The position numbers and the translations under genes are program-made. Under the pieces are notes generated by a model. That model was not told the DNA's origin and searched no databases. It saw only the letters and a list, made by a program, of their open reading frames with translations. Positions 9,455 to 18,574 of a DNA stretch of 64,000 nt are shown piece after piece. This DNA is from Candidatus Zhuqueibacterota bacterium (GTDB lineage: Bacteria; Zhuqueibacterota; Zhuqueibacteria; Thermofontimicrobiales; Thermofontimicrobiaceae): assembly GCA_049322915.1 (NCBI GenBank), contig JBMOPW010000034.1, positions 424,567 through 488,566 on the forward strand, read 5' to 3'. How positions within the stretch are numbered: position 1 is the stretch's first letter; each line of letters begins with the position of its first letter.

Positions 9455-10618
9455 TCAAATCTTGTTCTCTGCTTTTGCGGCTTGGTAAATTCTAATTTGT
9501 TCCATTAATTCGTCAAACAGGTTTGGTATACTTCGGACATTCACCTCAATAGATTGTAAATTCATTGAGCGCCGCCCCAGATATTGCACCTGGCGTTTGC
9601 TTCTGACACACGCTAATACAATTCCTGCTGTTGCCGTCGCAGGGCCGCTCGTAATATCCGCTGTGATATCTTCCTCATCCAAATTTGATAAACTTTTGGC
9701 TCTAATGTAAATGTCATCCACAGTCTTACAAATCCGGTTGACATCATCAGGATCGTTTATTTCTACCTTAGTAATTTTGATTTTTTTATACAAGAAATTA
9801 ATTATGGTTTCAAATGGCTGTAGTGAAGTTTCCTCGGCCTCAGAAGTTAACAATACCCAAATTTGTTCCAAATTATTTCGATGGTGTTCCATAGCAAGTA
9901 GCGGTGGATAGAGCGGTGTTTCCATCAATAATCTGAATGCTTCAATCGCCTTTAAAGTATAGATTTCCGGTTTAAGAATTGAATTCATATCTAATCGTTT
10001 TTCAGGGGTTGTATATTTCAAAATTTCCTGCAATATTGCCCTTACTTTAGATAAGATTACTTTTTCTGAATTTATTAATCGAATGAATTTGTTTATCTTT
10101 TCCTTTTTTGATAATACACTCAACGATAGAACGAGTCCTTTAGTTTTTCTTGGAACACCTTGGTTCGGAGAAATTAACTGCTCAATTTTTTGTTTTTCAG
10201 TAAAATTGACAACACCCAGAACAATGAACATCAGACTAAATGAAAAAATAGCGCCAGCTAATAAAAAATTTGGAGATTGCTCCAACGCCGGGAATTCACG
10301 TACATAATCCATTAACCATGTAAACGCCACGATAGCGACAATCACCAAAGAAAAACCAGCGATTTTTTGCATTGTAAGGATGCTCAACATCGTGGCGCCA
10401 AGGGATTTTATTTCAGCCTTATATTTCAAGCGGGAATAAAGAACTAAAAATGATCCTAATATAAAACAAATTCCACTGGCTACAAGAAATATCAAAATGC
10501 TCTTATTAGCGAGCACCCATTTCAAATAGCTTACCACGCAGACAATAAAGAATGGAAAAAAAATCAATGCTTTATTGATGAATTTATTCATAAAAAGACC
10601 TTCTATAAGTCTTCCCAA
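9455..10618 (-). CDS. Membrane-anchored CARF-domain effector (about 4 TM helices + CARF); start may be the ATG at 10591
   Basis: Four hydrophobic segments in aa ~15-140; C-terminal CARF-like Rossmann region (GLVLSLS, HHRNNLEQIWVL, DPDDV, ADITSGPATATAG). Confidence 0.75.
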   Translation of the reverse strand: MGRLIEGLFMNKFINKALIFFPFFIVCVVSYLKWVLANKSILIFLVASGICFILGSFLVLYSRLKYKAEIKSLGATMLSILTMQKIAGFSLVIVAIVAFTWLMDYVREFPALEQSPNFLLAGAIFSFSLMFIVLGVVNFTEKQKIEQLISPNQGVPRKTKGLVLSLSVLSKKEKINKFIRLINSEKVILSKVRAILQEILKYTTPEKRLDMNSILKPEIYTLKAIEAFRLLMETPLYPPLLAMEHHRNNLEQIWVLLTSEAEETSLQPFETIINFLYKKIKITKVEINDPDDVNRICKTVDDIYIRAKSLSNLDEEDITADITSGPATATAGIVLACVRSKRQVQYLGRRSMNLQSIEVNVRSIPNLFDELMEQIRIYQAAKAENKI

Positions 10619-10622
10619 TCGT

Positions 10623-11399
10623 CTATTGCTTAGCTTTTATATTATTAATAAACGAGGCAATACGATTTGCGTTGCCATATCCATAATCTTTTAAATAACC
10701 TTTAGACTCCTTAAAAAATTCCTCCCAGAAATATTTATTGAGTCTATAATCTTGTTTATTTTTTTCAGTTGCGCCACAAACAAAAATTGAAGATTTCTTT
10801 AAATTAGGCATCTGCGCTGTGTCTTTTAGATTTTTAATTTTTTCCTCTACCTCTGATGAAGTATTCAACTTTTTAAAATTCACTTCCGGCGACTCCTGAA
10901 TCATATCAGAAAAAATGAATATTGCATTATTGGACTCTTTCAAATACTTTTCTGCCTGAATCAATGCGCCAATAATATCTGTTTCAAGATTAAATTTTTT
11001 TCGCTGATCTCGAAAATAATAAATTTCATGGCTGAACATTGTATCAAGCGCTCTCATAAATCGGGCGTTTAGCGTATCAGCCTCATTCAGCATTTCAAAA
11101 GGACCGATATTCCGGGAAAGTTGTTCTTTAAAATCACTGAAATTACAATCAGCAATGACTTCATCTTTCATTTCCGATGCTTTATCAATCGGAATGATAA
11201 TGATGTGATCATCAAATGTCAATTGTTTCAATAAACCCTGACGAAACATTTCAACATACTTATTGAATTCCTCATCCGATAAGGAAGCGGAATAATCGAA
11301 CAGTACAATGCAGTTCATACCCTTTTTTATTAGCAAGTCGCAGCGGAATAGCCCAATAAACAGACTTGCAATTAGTATTAAAATTCTGAAAAAGCTCAT
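10623..11399 (-). CDS. Exported or membrane-anchored vWA-like (MIDAS) domain protein
   Basis: Hydrophobic N-terminus followed by Cys; VLFDYSAS (DxSxS), TDIIGAL and IFIFSDM match the vWA MIDAS pattern. Confidence 0.7.
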   Translation of the reverse strand: MSFFRILILIASLFIGLFRCDLLIKKGMNCIVLFDYSASLSDEEFNKYVEMFRQGLLKQLTFDDHIIIIPIDKASEMKDEVIADCNFSDFKEQLSRNIGPFEMLNEADTLNARFMRALDTMFSHEIYYFRDQRKKFNLETDIIGALIQAEKYLKESNNAIFIFSDMIQESPEVNFKKLNTSSEVEEKIKNLKDTAQMPNLKKSSIFVCGATEKNKQDYRLNKYFWEEFFKESKGYLKDYGYGNANRIASFINNIKAKQ

Positions 11400-12454
11400 T
11401 TCTTTTTGTCCTCAATAAATTTTTGATAATTAAAATTCACCAATTTTTTATATTGTTCTCTGTAGGTATTCAATTTTGATAGAGTACTTTGTGATTGGCT
11501 CATTAGTTTAACTTTGAACAAATGAAAGTTATTGTATACAAGTCTGTCTTTTTCATTCTCATTTTTATTCTGATCATCATTGTCATATTCACGCAACAAC
11601 CAGCGTTTCACATAATTCATCCAGGCCCACTGATTATTTACATCCTTTTCAATTTGCCGATCAATAAAATCCAGATTATTTTGAATCTCCCTTTCGGTTT
11701 GATCAATCTGACTTTTAAACTTCTTCCATTTTATCATGCGTCGGTATTTATGAATAATTTCTGTTACCTCTGCACCTTGCAGCCCTAATGCAATGGCAAC
11801 GATAATAGCTAATCCCACAGTCACAAGCATGATCCATAAATTAACAGTCGTACCGCCGGCAATGATGAATTCCCGAATAATACCTAAAGCAATCAGTACT
11901 GTCGCCAAAATAATGGTAGCAGTGAAATACATATTTCTTCTTGACCGCAATTTCACTAACTGTTTATTTTCCTCCTGGGTTCGCTTTTCCTGAATTTTTA
12001 ACATGATATATTGAAAATGCGCCATAACAAAATTCTCCACAAGGAATAAAGCCATAAGAGAAATAATAACAGCCGTTGCAATCCGAATAATTTCAATAAA
12101 AACATTGCGACCGGGCAACATAGCTTTGAGAGCAAAATAATTGAATGCGCCTTCACAGACAATAAAAGCAATCATTAGCAGAAAATTGGTTCTCCGAATC
12201 CGTTTCATTTTTTCGAATTCTTCCGAGTCAAATGGAGGCTGTTCCGGGGCATGAAATAAACCAAAGTCATCAATGACATTCTTCAAATCGAATCCATGCT
12301 CCAATAGTCTGCCGGTTGATTCGATGTCTTTCTTTTCATCTTTTGATAAGAAATAGGAGAAATTAGTCGCACATTCATGTGCGAACATCTTTAGCGGATT
12401 CGGCAATTTCTTTAATTTGTGATACCGAATTTTAAACCAGAATGTATTCTTCAT
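11396..12454 (-). CDS. Hypothetical membrane protein, about 4 TM helices + C-terminal coiled coil
   Basis: 352-aa ORF with RBS; four hydrophobic segments in aa ~90-226 and a heptad-rich tail; 4-bp overlap with the vWA gene. Confidence 0.8.
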   Translation of the reverse strand: MKNTFWFKIRYHKLKKLPNPLKMFAHECATNFSYFLSKDEKKDIESTGRLLEHGFDLKNVIDDFGLFHAPEQPPFDSEEFEKMKRIRRTNFLLMIAFIVCEGAFNYFALKAMLPGRNVFIEIIRIATAVIISLMALFLVENFVMAHFQYIMLKIQEKRTQEENKQLVKLRSRRNMYFTATIILATVLIALGIIREFIIAGGTTVNLWIMLVTVGLAIIVAIALGLQGAEVTEIIHKYRRMIKWKKFKSQIDQTEREIQNNLDFIDRQIEKDVNNQWAWMNYVKRWLLREYDNDDQNKNENEKDRLVYNNFHLFKVKLMSQSQSTLSKLNTYREQYKKLVNFNYQKFIEDKKK

Positions 12455-12479
12455 ATTGGCTCACCTCATCATAAGATTT

Positions 12480-12863
12480 TTAAAACAAGTCTGTTGTGTA
12501 GGGTCTGAATTGAATAAACTTAAATTCTTTCTTCATACTTCCATCTTCATATTCTTCAGTTTTCCGGTCTGTTGTAGAGGCGATACAAAGCATGCCTTCT
12601 TCGGCCATTTTTTTAACAAATTGGAAAACAAATGTCATCTCACCCATGACATGAACAGCATTTTTATTATGCCCCTTCTGTTTAACTAATTCAGAACATT
12701 TTTCAGTATATTTATCAACCAATTCAAGAATATCATCATATGAAGCTTCAGGCAAAATTTGAGGAAATTTTTCATCAATAATTTCACCAAACTGCTTTTC
12801 AGCCTCATCTTTTTGTTTTTTATCCCATTTGGCGGACGGGTGGTTTGATAGGTTGATGAGCAT
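12480..12863 (-). CDS. Small CRISPR ancillary protein, Csx15/Csx20-like (candidate ring nuclease)
   Basis: MLINLSNHPS..W...Q, FPQILP, VMGE and STTDR..F.F..FR.Y motifs; ATG at 12863 with a GGAGAA RBS. Confidence 0.65.
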   Translation of the reverse strand: MLINLSNHPSAKWDKKQKDEAEKQFGEIIDEKFPQILPEASYDDILELVDKYTEKCSELVKQKGHNKNAVHVMGEMTFVFQFVKKMAEEGMLCIASTTDRKTEEYEDGSMKKEFKFIQFRPYTTDLF

Positions 12864-12887
12864 GTATTTCTTCTCCAAAATTCTAAT

Positions 12888-13131
12888 GAAATCCGATATT
12901 GTCACGGCAAACCAATTATAAAAGCCACAAGGGTTTTAGTCAGTAATATTTTAGGCGTACTTTCTACTGGCGAAACAATCAAACAGATACTCGAAGATTA
13001 CCCTAACATAATCCGTAAAGACGTATTAGCTGCGCTTAAATGTGGTAGCGAACTCTCAAATTTTGAAACCTTTTCCTATAAGTCCTACACATTATGATTT
13101 TTTTCTTGATGAAAATTTTCCGAAATCGGTA
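12888..13131 (+). pseudogene. Remnant of a DUF433 antitoxin / DUF5615 PIN toxin pair
   Basis: Frame 12900-13097 reads CHGKPIIKATRVLVSNILGVLSTGETIKQILEDYPNIIRKDVLAAL with no start codon. The overlapping ATG at 13094 is followed, across a frameshift in a T7 run, by FFLDENFPKS and is then cut off by the TIR-FGE gene. Confidence 0.8.
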
Positions 13132-14139
13132 TCATTCAATTACTTTCATAACACGAAATCCAGTATAAATATTTGCATGAGAACGATGTAAATACAAACG
13201 AAAAGAACATTGACAGGCAGAAGCAGGATCACGCCATGAGCCACCTTTGACAACATGATAGTCTGTATTTTTATCTTCGCTATCCGTACACCATTCCCAA
13301 ATATTACCACTCATTGCAAGTATTCCAAAAGGATTGGGAAGTCCAACTGAATCATTTGTTAATCCGCATTGAAGTCCATTGTGATTAACATGTTCGCTGG
13401 AAAATTTTCCATTGACTGTTGCGTATTTAAATTTATTTACTCCTGCTGTTGCAGCATACTCCCACTCTTTTTCAGTTGGTAGTCTAAATTTTGGTCCTTT
13501 TCTCTCCGATACCCACTCACAAAATTTTACTGCCTGGTCCCATGAAATATTAGTGACCGGGTGATCTTCTTCTCTAGAAACTTCGTTAAAATCGAAACGC
13601 GCAAATCGTCTATACTCTCTGACTGTTATTGGAAATATTGCAAGTTGAAATTTTTCGATCTGCTCATAACGCTTAGTTTTAGAAAAACGAAAATTGCCAG
13701 AAGGTATATCAGCAAAGTCTATGGGTACGGGTTCGCCTTGTCGATCAGATTTTGGTACATTTAATTCGGCTTCAAAATTTTTTAATGTTTTTTTTAACGC
13801 ATTAATCAAATTGTCATCATTTAATTTAATCCATTGAAGATGCGCAATAACGGTTGGAAGCTCAATCTGATCAACCAAAACAGGAATTATTTTCATCTTG
13901 TTTTCTAAAGCGGAATTTAATTCTTCTTTAACGAATGATGATCTTTTTGCATCTTCTGACCATAAGAGAATCAGAACATCGCACTTTCTAATGTAATTGA
14001 AAATGATTACTCTAAAGGCATCCCCTGGATGCAAAATCTTAAGATCGAAAAAAATTGTATGATCTGTTCCTAACTCGCTTTCAATTTTTTTTGTAATTTC
14101 TATATTTTCTCGGGCGTAACTTATAAATATATTTACCAT
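13132..14139 (-). CDS. TIR domain + formylglycine-generating-enzyme (FGE-sulfatase/SUMF1) domain protein
   Basis: IFISYARE...GDAF...SSFVKEEL (TIR_2 with Glu); HPVTNISW, RLPTEKEWEYAA, PNPFG...GNIWEW, KGGSW and GFRV (FGE fold). Confidence 0.9.
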   Translation of the reverse strand: MVNIFISYARENIEITKKIESELGTDHTIFFDLKILHPGDAFRVIIFNYIRKCDVLILLWSEDAKRSSFVKEELNSALENKMKIIPVLVDQIELPTVIAHLQWIKLNDDNLINALKKTLKNFEAELNVPKSDRQGEPVPIDFADIPSGNFRFSKTKRYEQIEKFQLAIFPITVREYRRFARFDFNEVSREEDHPVTNISWDQAVKFCEWVSERKGPKFRLPTEKEWEYAATAGVNKFKYATVNGKFSSEHVNHNGLQCGLTNDSVGLPNPFGILAMSGNIWEWCTDSEDKNTDYHVVKGGSWRDPASACQCSFRLYLHRSHANIYTGFRVMKVIE

Positions 14140-14325
14140 ATTTACTTCCTATAACAATCCATTATAAAAATATAGAGATACACCAATACCTAACAAGATT
14201 TAGGCTGCAACAGGAGTGCGGTGTTTTTATGCATCGCAGAGTGCAATCCATAAAGTGATTGCACTCTATATTAAGTATTTACTATCACATAATATGACTA
14301 ACAAAACAACAAGATAATATAACAA

Positions 14326-16599
14326 TTAATGGTTTATCACGTCCTCTGGAGCCGGTAAGACTGGTCGGTTTTTATATTCATTCTCTTTATTTGTTTCTTG
14401 TTCATGTTCGATTTCAAGATAACGAGTCCTTTCGTTCCAGAATTTTTTGTGCGTATTATCCCAATCCAACATAACTTTTAATTGTTTCAAACGATATGTA
14501 TCCCACAAATCGTTAGCGGAAGGCTTTTCTGTGCTTCCAAGATTTTTAATAATATGATCTGAAAATTCTTTCTTCATTTCTGAAATCTTATCATCATGCG
14601 CTGCCGGTATAGACTCAACCCATTCAGCTAATAATGATCGATATCGCTGTTGACGGTTACTTAGATATAAATGAGGAGTAATTTTAACACTTCCCATTCC
14701 CAATGGCTTCCCCATACCAATCTTATGGCAGCATTTTTCTGGTAGTTGTAAAGCAAATAATATTGCGCCAAGTTCTTCATTTAATAGATTTTCAAATCGA
14801 ATTTTGGTATTAAATTTTGCATTGGTTGGAATAATATTAATAATTGTGTATTGAGTTTGTACACCAATCATTTTGCTTAGTTTTTCAATGGCATTTTTAA
14901 ATCTTTCATCCGTTATTTCTTTTATCTTCTTAACCAGAATCCGATTATCAGTTTTTTCAATCATATTGAATTGAATTGCTACTCCCTCTTTCTGCATAAA
15001 TTCTAAGAAAAGCTGTTTGTCAACGATCAGATCCAATTTATGATCCTGATATTGAGAATGCACATTTAATATTTGAATATACTCAAATACTATCTTTTTG
15101 AATTGCTCATCAGGACAGTTAATGAATCCTCTTATTTTTATTTTTTTGTCTTTTTCTTCTAATAGAATTCCCTTAGGAATATTTAAATTTTTAAAATTTA
15201 AAAACATCATAAAAGAAATTTTGTCAAATATCAGTTCATCTGCTCGCCCATTTCTGTTCCGATGCCAATAAAGTTTATGTCCGCGAAGTATAGTATCTAA
15301 AGAATTGTAATGATTTAATTCCTGGATAAAATCACTTTTTTGAACTAAATAATGTTGAAAAGTTGTGGGCTTGGGAGTTGCAAGTATTTCTGGAATAACA
15401 GTATTATTTGAACCAGGTTCGTTTTTGCTAATTAAATATCCATCCTCAAAGAATACTCTTCCGGCGATGGTTATATCTTTTCTTACTGTTCCAAAGATTG
15501 CCTCTGTCATATCGATTTTAGGATTATCCAGATCATAAGGCAACAATTCACCAAACGACTGCTCATAGGCGATACGAAACATAGCGGTATATCCAAATGA
15601 AATCCTCCCATTTTCATGTTCTACATAAAAACAAGGTATTATATCATTTTCATGGGATTTTAATTCATTTAGCAGATCAGTCCCAGCCCTATTTTCATCG
15701 GAACGATACAGCTTAATATCCATTTCATCAAGTTTAATTGGTTTTGTATTTATATCTGGAGGATTAATCACCCAATCATGTTTTTTATTTGGCATATTAC
15801 CAGAAACGACAATATACTCCTCACCAGATTTAAAAAAGTAATTTTTAAAATGAGAAAACCCCTCTTTTTCTATCGTATCTTCTTTTGAGATTTGATAAAA
15901 CTGCTTACTCTCAAATTTACGATATCGTTTACCATCTAATCTTTTTGCAGGTATGATCTGATAATTAACGCCTATTTTCGTTAAATATCCGGCATTCATT
16001 TTATATGTCGTTGATTTTGAACTCTTATCAAAGGGTGACATTTTATTTTGATATTCTTTACGGAAGTTACTTTTATCTGCTAATGCTCTATAATGAAGTA
16101 CTCGGTCTGATTCAGTTGTTATCTTGCTCCAACTTAAAATTTCCACTAGTGTTCTAATCATGCCACGAAATGAACTTCCAGGAATTGCTGCTTTTCCTGT
16201 CGGAGAAAAGAAATTTGAAGATTGTCTTGCAACAAACTCTTTTGTATCTTCAATTTTTTTATCGCAGTCTCGAATATAAACAGGAGTTAATGTCTCAATA
16301 TCACACTCAATATAACCGTTATGTCGGTCATTATCATAAGTATTAAATTTTTCGTAACGTGTGCCTTCAATTACTTTTTCACTCAAGGGAATAAAATTAT
16401 AAGGTGCTCTTGCCTGTCGATTGTATTTTGTGTTTTTATCAAATCTTATTTTTTTTGTTTGCCGTACAGCTTTTCTACCAAAGAACTCATTTCCTTTTAT
16501 TGAATCATCTAGTTTTACTTGAGACTTAGCTAAATTTATTCCCTGTTCTTTAGCTATTTTCTGTAATTTATCTTTCCAATCTTGCATTGTATTCTCCAA
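14326..16599 (-). CDS. cas7: Type III-D Cas7 with large insertion (TIGR03986-like RAMP)
   Basis: APYNFIPL, TLTPVYI, IPGSSFRGMIR, GRVFFED, PKPTT..HYL, RGHKLYWH and KIGMGKPLGMGSV. Confidence 0.9.
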   Translation of the reverse strand: MENTMQDWKDKLQKIAKEQGINLAKSQVKLDDSIKGNEFFGRKAVRQTKKIRFDKNTKYNRQARAPYNFIPLSEKVIEGTRYEKFNTYDNDRHNGYIECDIETLTPVYIRDCDKKIEDTKEFVARQSSNFFSPTGKAAIPGSSFRGMIRTLVEILSWSKITTESDRVLHYRALADKSNFRKEYQNKMSPFDKSSKSTTYKMNAGYLTKIGVNYQIIPAKRLDGKRYRKFESKQFYQISKEDTIEKEGFSHFKNYFFKSGEEYIVVSGNMPNKKHDWVINPPDINTKPIKLDEMDIKLYRSDENRAGTDLLNELKSHENDIIPCFYVEHENGRISFGYTAMFRIAYEQSFGELLPYDLDNPKIDMTEAIFGTVRKDITIAGRVFFEDGYLISKNEPGSNNTVIPEILATPKPTTFQHYLVQKSDFIQELNHYNSLDTILRGHKLYWHRNRNGRADELIFDKISFMMFLNFKNLNIPKGILLEEKDKKIKIRGFINCPDEQFKKIVFEYIQILNVHSQYQDHKLDLIVDKQLFLEFMQKEGVAIQFNMIEKTDNRILVKKIKEITDERFKNAIEKLSKMIGVQTQYTIINIIPTNAKFNTKIRFENLLNEELGAILFALQLPEKCCHKIGMGKPLGMGSVKITPHLYLSNRQQRYRSLLAEWVESIPAAHDDKISEMKKEFSDHIIKNLGSTEKPSANDLWDTYRLKQLKVMLDWDNTHKKFWNERTRYLEIEHEQETNKENEYKNRPVLPAPEDVINH

Positions 16600-16602
16600 T
16601 CT

Positions 16603-17181
16603 TTAATCTAAAGGTTTTTGATTGTTAACAAATCCTACAAAACGACAGTCAACGTAAGATGCCTGATGCGCTTCGTTATAGCCGATATAATTATGCGTTT
16701 TGATACATACTCTGTTTTTTTCATTATCAACTTTTAAAGCAGAATAATTAAAAGGTAAAATGAGATTTGTTCCTCGTTCTTCATTGATTTCAGTAAAATC
16801 ATCTTTAGTTAATTTACGGGCATCAGTGCCGCATAATACTTGATTTGCGATAATAATTTCTGCCTCTTGTTGAATGTTCACATCATTGTCGATTCGGAGT
16901 CTTCCTTTCAACCCGCCGTTTGTTCGCCATAAATATAGCTCTTTATCTTTGTTAAATATTCGAACCTTTTGAAGAAACTGAATATTTAATGATTCATTAT
17001 TATGAGAGCTAAATTGGTTATCATCCCATCGTCCAATTAGTACTGCATAATCAAGCCAGGCAACGTAAAAAGCGCTTTCATTTATCAAAGAGCTCACTGT
17101 ATCTTCCAGGGTATTTTTTATTTCAACTGGTGAAACTGATCTTGATTTTATTTCTTTATATTCCAATCCATTAGCTTTCAT
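16603..17181 (-). CDS. csx19: Csx19-like type III-D subunit
   Basis: 192 aa; RIFN..KELYLWR and C-terminal YVDCRFVGF; canonical position between Cas7-Cas7 and Cas7-insertion. Confidence 0.8.
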   Translation of the reverse strand: MKANGLEYKEIKSRSVSPVEIKNTLEDTVSSLINESAFYVAWLDYAVLIGRWDDNQFSSHNNESLNIQFLQKVRIFNKDKELYLWRTNGGLKGRLRIDNDVNIQQEAEIIIANQVLCGTDARKLTKDDFTEINEERGTNLILPFNYSALKVDNEKNRVCIKTHNYIGYNEAHQASYVDCRFVGFVNNQKPLD

Positions 17182-18574
17182 TTCCGACCTCCTTTTTCAC
17201 TAATGAAGTGACATATTTTTGGAGTATGTCTTGTTCTGCTTTAGTTAAATTGTTCAGGTCTGTATTTTCTATTACAGGATCATCGTTTATTTTTATAATA
17301 GCTGATTTTCCATTAAAAACGCCACGACCTACATTTTTTTCACCACCTACAGCTAAATCACCAGACCACAAATCCTTTAATACTAGCAGTAATAGTCCCG
17401 CTTCGTAATCCTTGTAATCTTGAATAGTCATTTCCAGCTTTAGAACTTTTTCAGTGAAATCGATAAATAAAGGCATACTTTCAAACAATGCGGATTCTAT
17501 TGTACCGCCTGTAAAACGATCGATTTTTATTCGGGTTTGTATCTCAGCCACAAATTCAGGAAGCTCAACTTCATTGATTAGTAGTTTGCTTTTAATTGCC
17601 CTTTCAATTTTTTTTTCAGTCCTAATGGTATCCGATTTTTTTTCTTCAGGAATGAACCCAAATAATTCTTTTGCAATAATTTCAGGTTTACCTAGAGTAT
17701 TTAGAATACGCTCAGCTCGTCCCCTAATTGCGCCCTTCAACGATGAACCAGGAATAATATACTTACCCTTTGATTTTATGTGAACACTGTCCGGCTCTTT
17801 AGGATTTGATGAATATGATCTTATTATTATTGAGTTTTGAAGTTTCAGGACAGCTTCAATTGAAAACACGTCTTTTCTTTTAAATGGAAATGGATCGCCA
17901 AGATCAGTAATTTTAATTATATTAACTGCATCAAATTTCTTTGTTAGATAATTAAACACATTTCGTTTTTTGTTCGCATCATCCTTGAAATCAAATTCAT
18001 ATAGTTTTGAGTCTTCATCATTTAATTTCACAATTCCCAAACCATTATTCGTTTTCCCACCAAGGATAATCTGTGATTCGGACAATACCTGATAAATTGT
18101 TCGAACCATTCGTTTTATGAATTTTTTATTTTCATTTGTATACTCAAATTCCATATTTAGATTGAATGGAGAACCAGGTTCAACAATTTCATAATCATAT
18201 TTTCCATTGTGCTCCACAAGCCCTGTACGATTATCAATCCGAATGCCATCACGAATCACAATATCAGGCTTTTTATCTGAGTATAAATCGGAACAGTGAA
18301 AAGAACATTGATGTCCAGTTTTCTTTTTAGAAAAACCCCAGAAATTTTTAACAAAATTATCATTTATATCAGGATGTCTTTCAAGATCAATAGAATGCCT
18401 CAATACTCCACCAAATGAAGTTGCCGGGATAAAAGCGTAACCATTATCATCCACCAATACATCCATGTCACTGTGTTCTCCCGAGCCACAACCAATATGA
18501 AGAGGCGAAAGACATTGGACTTTTCCTTTCAGAAATATCTTACCCGTTATTCTCTCTTTATTATTTGTCTCCAT
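17171..18574 (-). CDS. cas7: Cas7-Cas7 double RAMP (Csm3-like)
   Basis: Two RAMP units: SPLHIG/IPATSFGG/RDGIRID/GGKTNNGLG and IPGSSLKGAIR/RIKIDRFTGG/GGEKNVGRG. Confidence 0.9.
   Translation of the reverse strand: METNNKERITGKIFLKGKVQCLSPLHIGCGSGEHSDMDVLVDDNGYAFIPATSFGGVLRHSIDLERHPDINDNFVKNFWGFSKKKTGHQCSFHCSDLYSDKKPDIVIRDGIRIDNRTGLVEHNGKYDYEIVEPGSPFNLNMEFEYTNENKKFIKRMVRTIYQVLSESQIILGGKTNNGLGIVKLNDEDSKLYEFDFKDDANKKRNVFNYLTKKFDAVNIIKITDLGDPFPFKRKDVFSIEAVLKLQNSIIIRSYSSNPKEPDSVHIKSKGKYIIPGSSLKGAIRGRAERILNTLGKPEIIAKELFGFIPEEKKSDTIRTEKKIERAIKSKLLINEVELPEFVAEIQTRIKIDRFTGGTIESALFESMPLFIDFTEKVLKLEMTIQDYKDYEAGLLLLVLKDLWSGDLAVGGEKNVGRGVFNGKSAIIKINDDPVIENTDLNNLTKAEQDILQKYVTSLVKKEVGNES

Noticed and set aside
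13132..13300. The FGE-domain C-terminus as a diversity-generating retroelement variable region served by the RT
   Set aside because: I noticed no template repeat differing at adenines and no avd-like gene in the window, and the RT looks group II/CRISPR-like. A self dot-plot would settle it.
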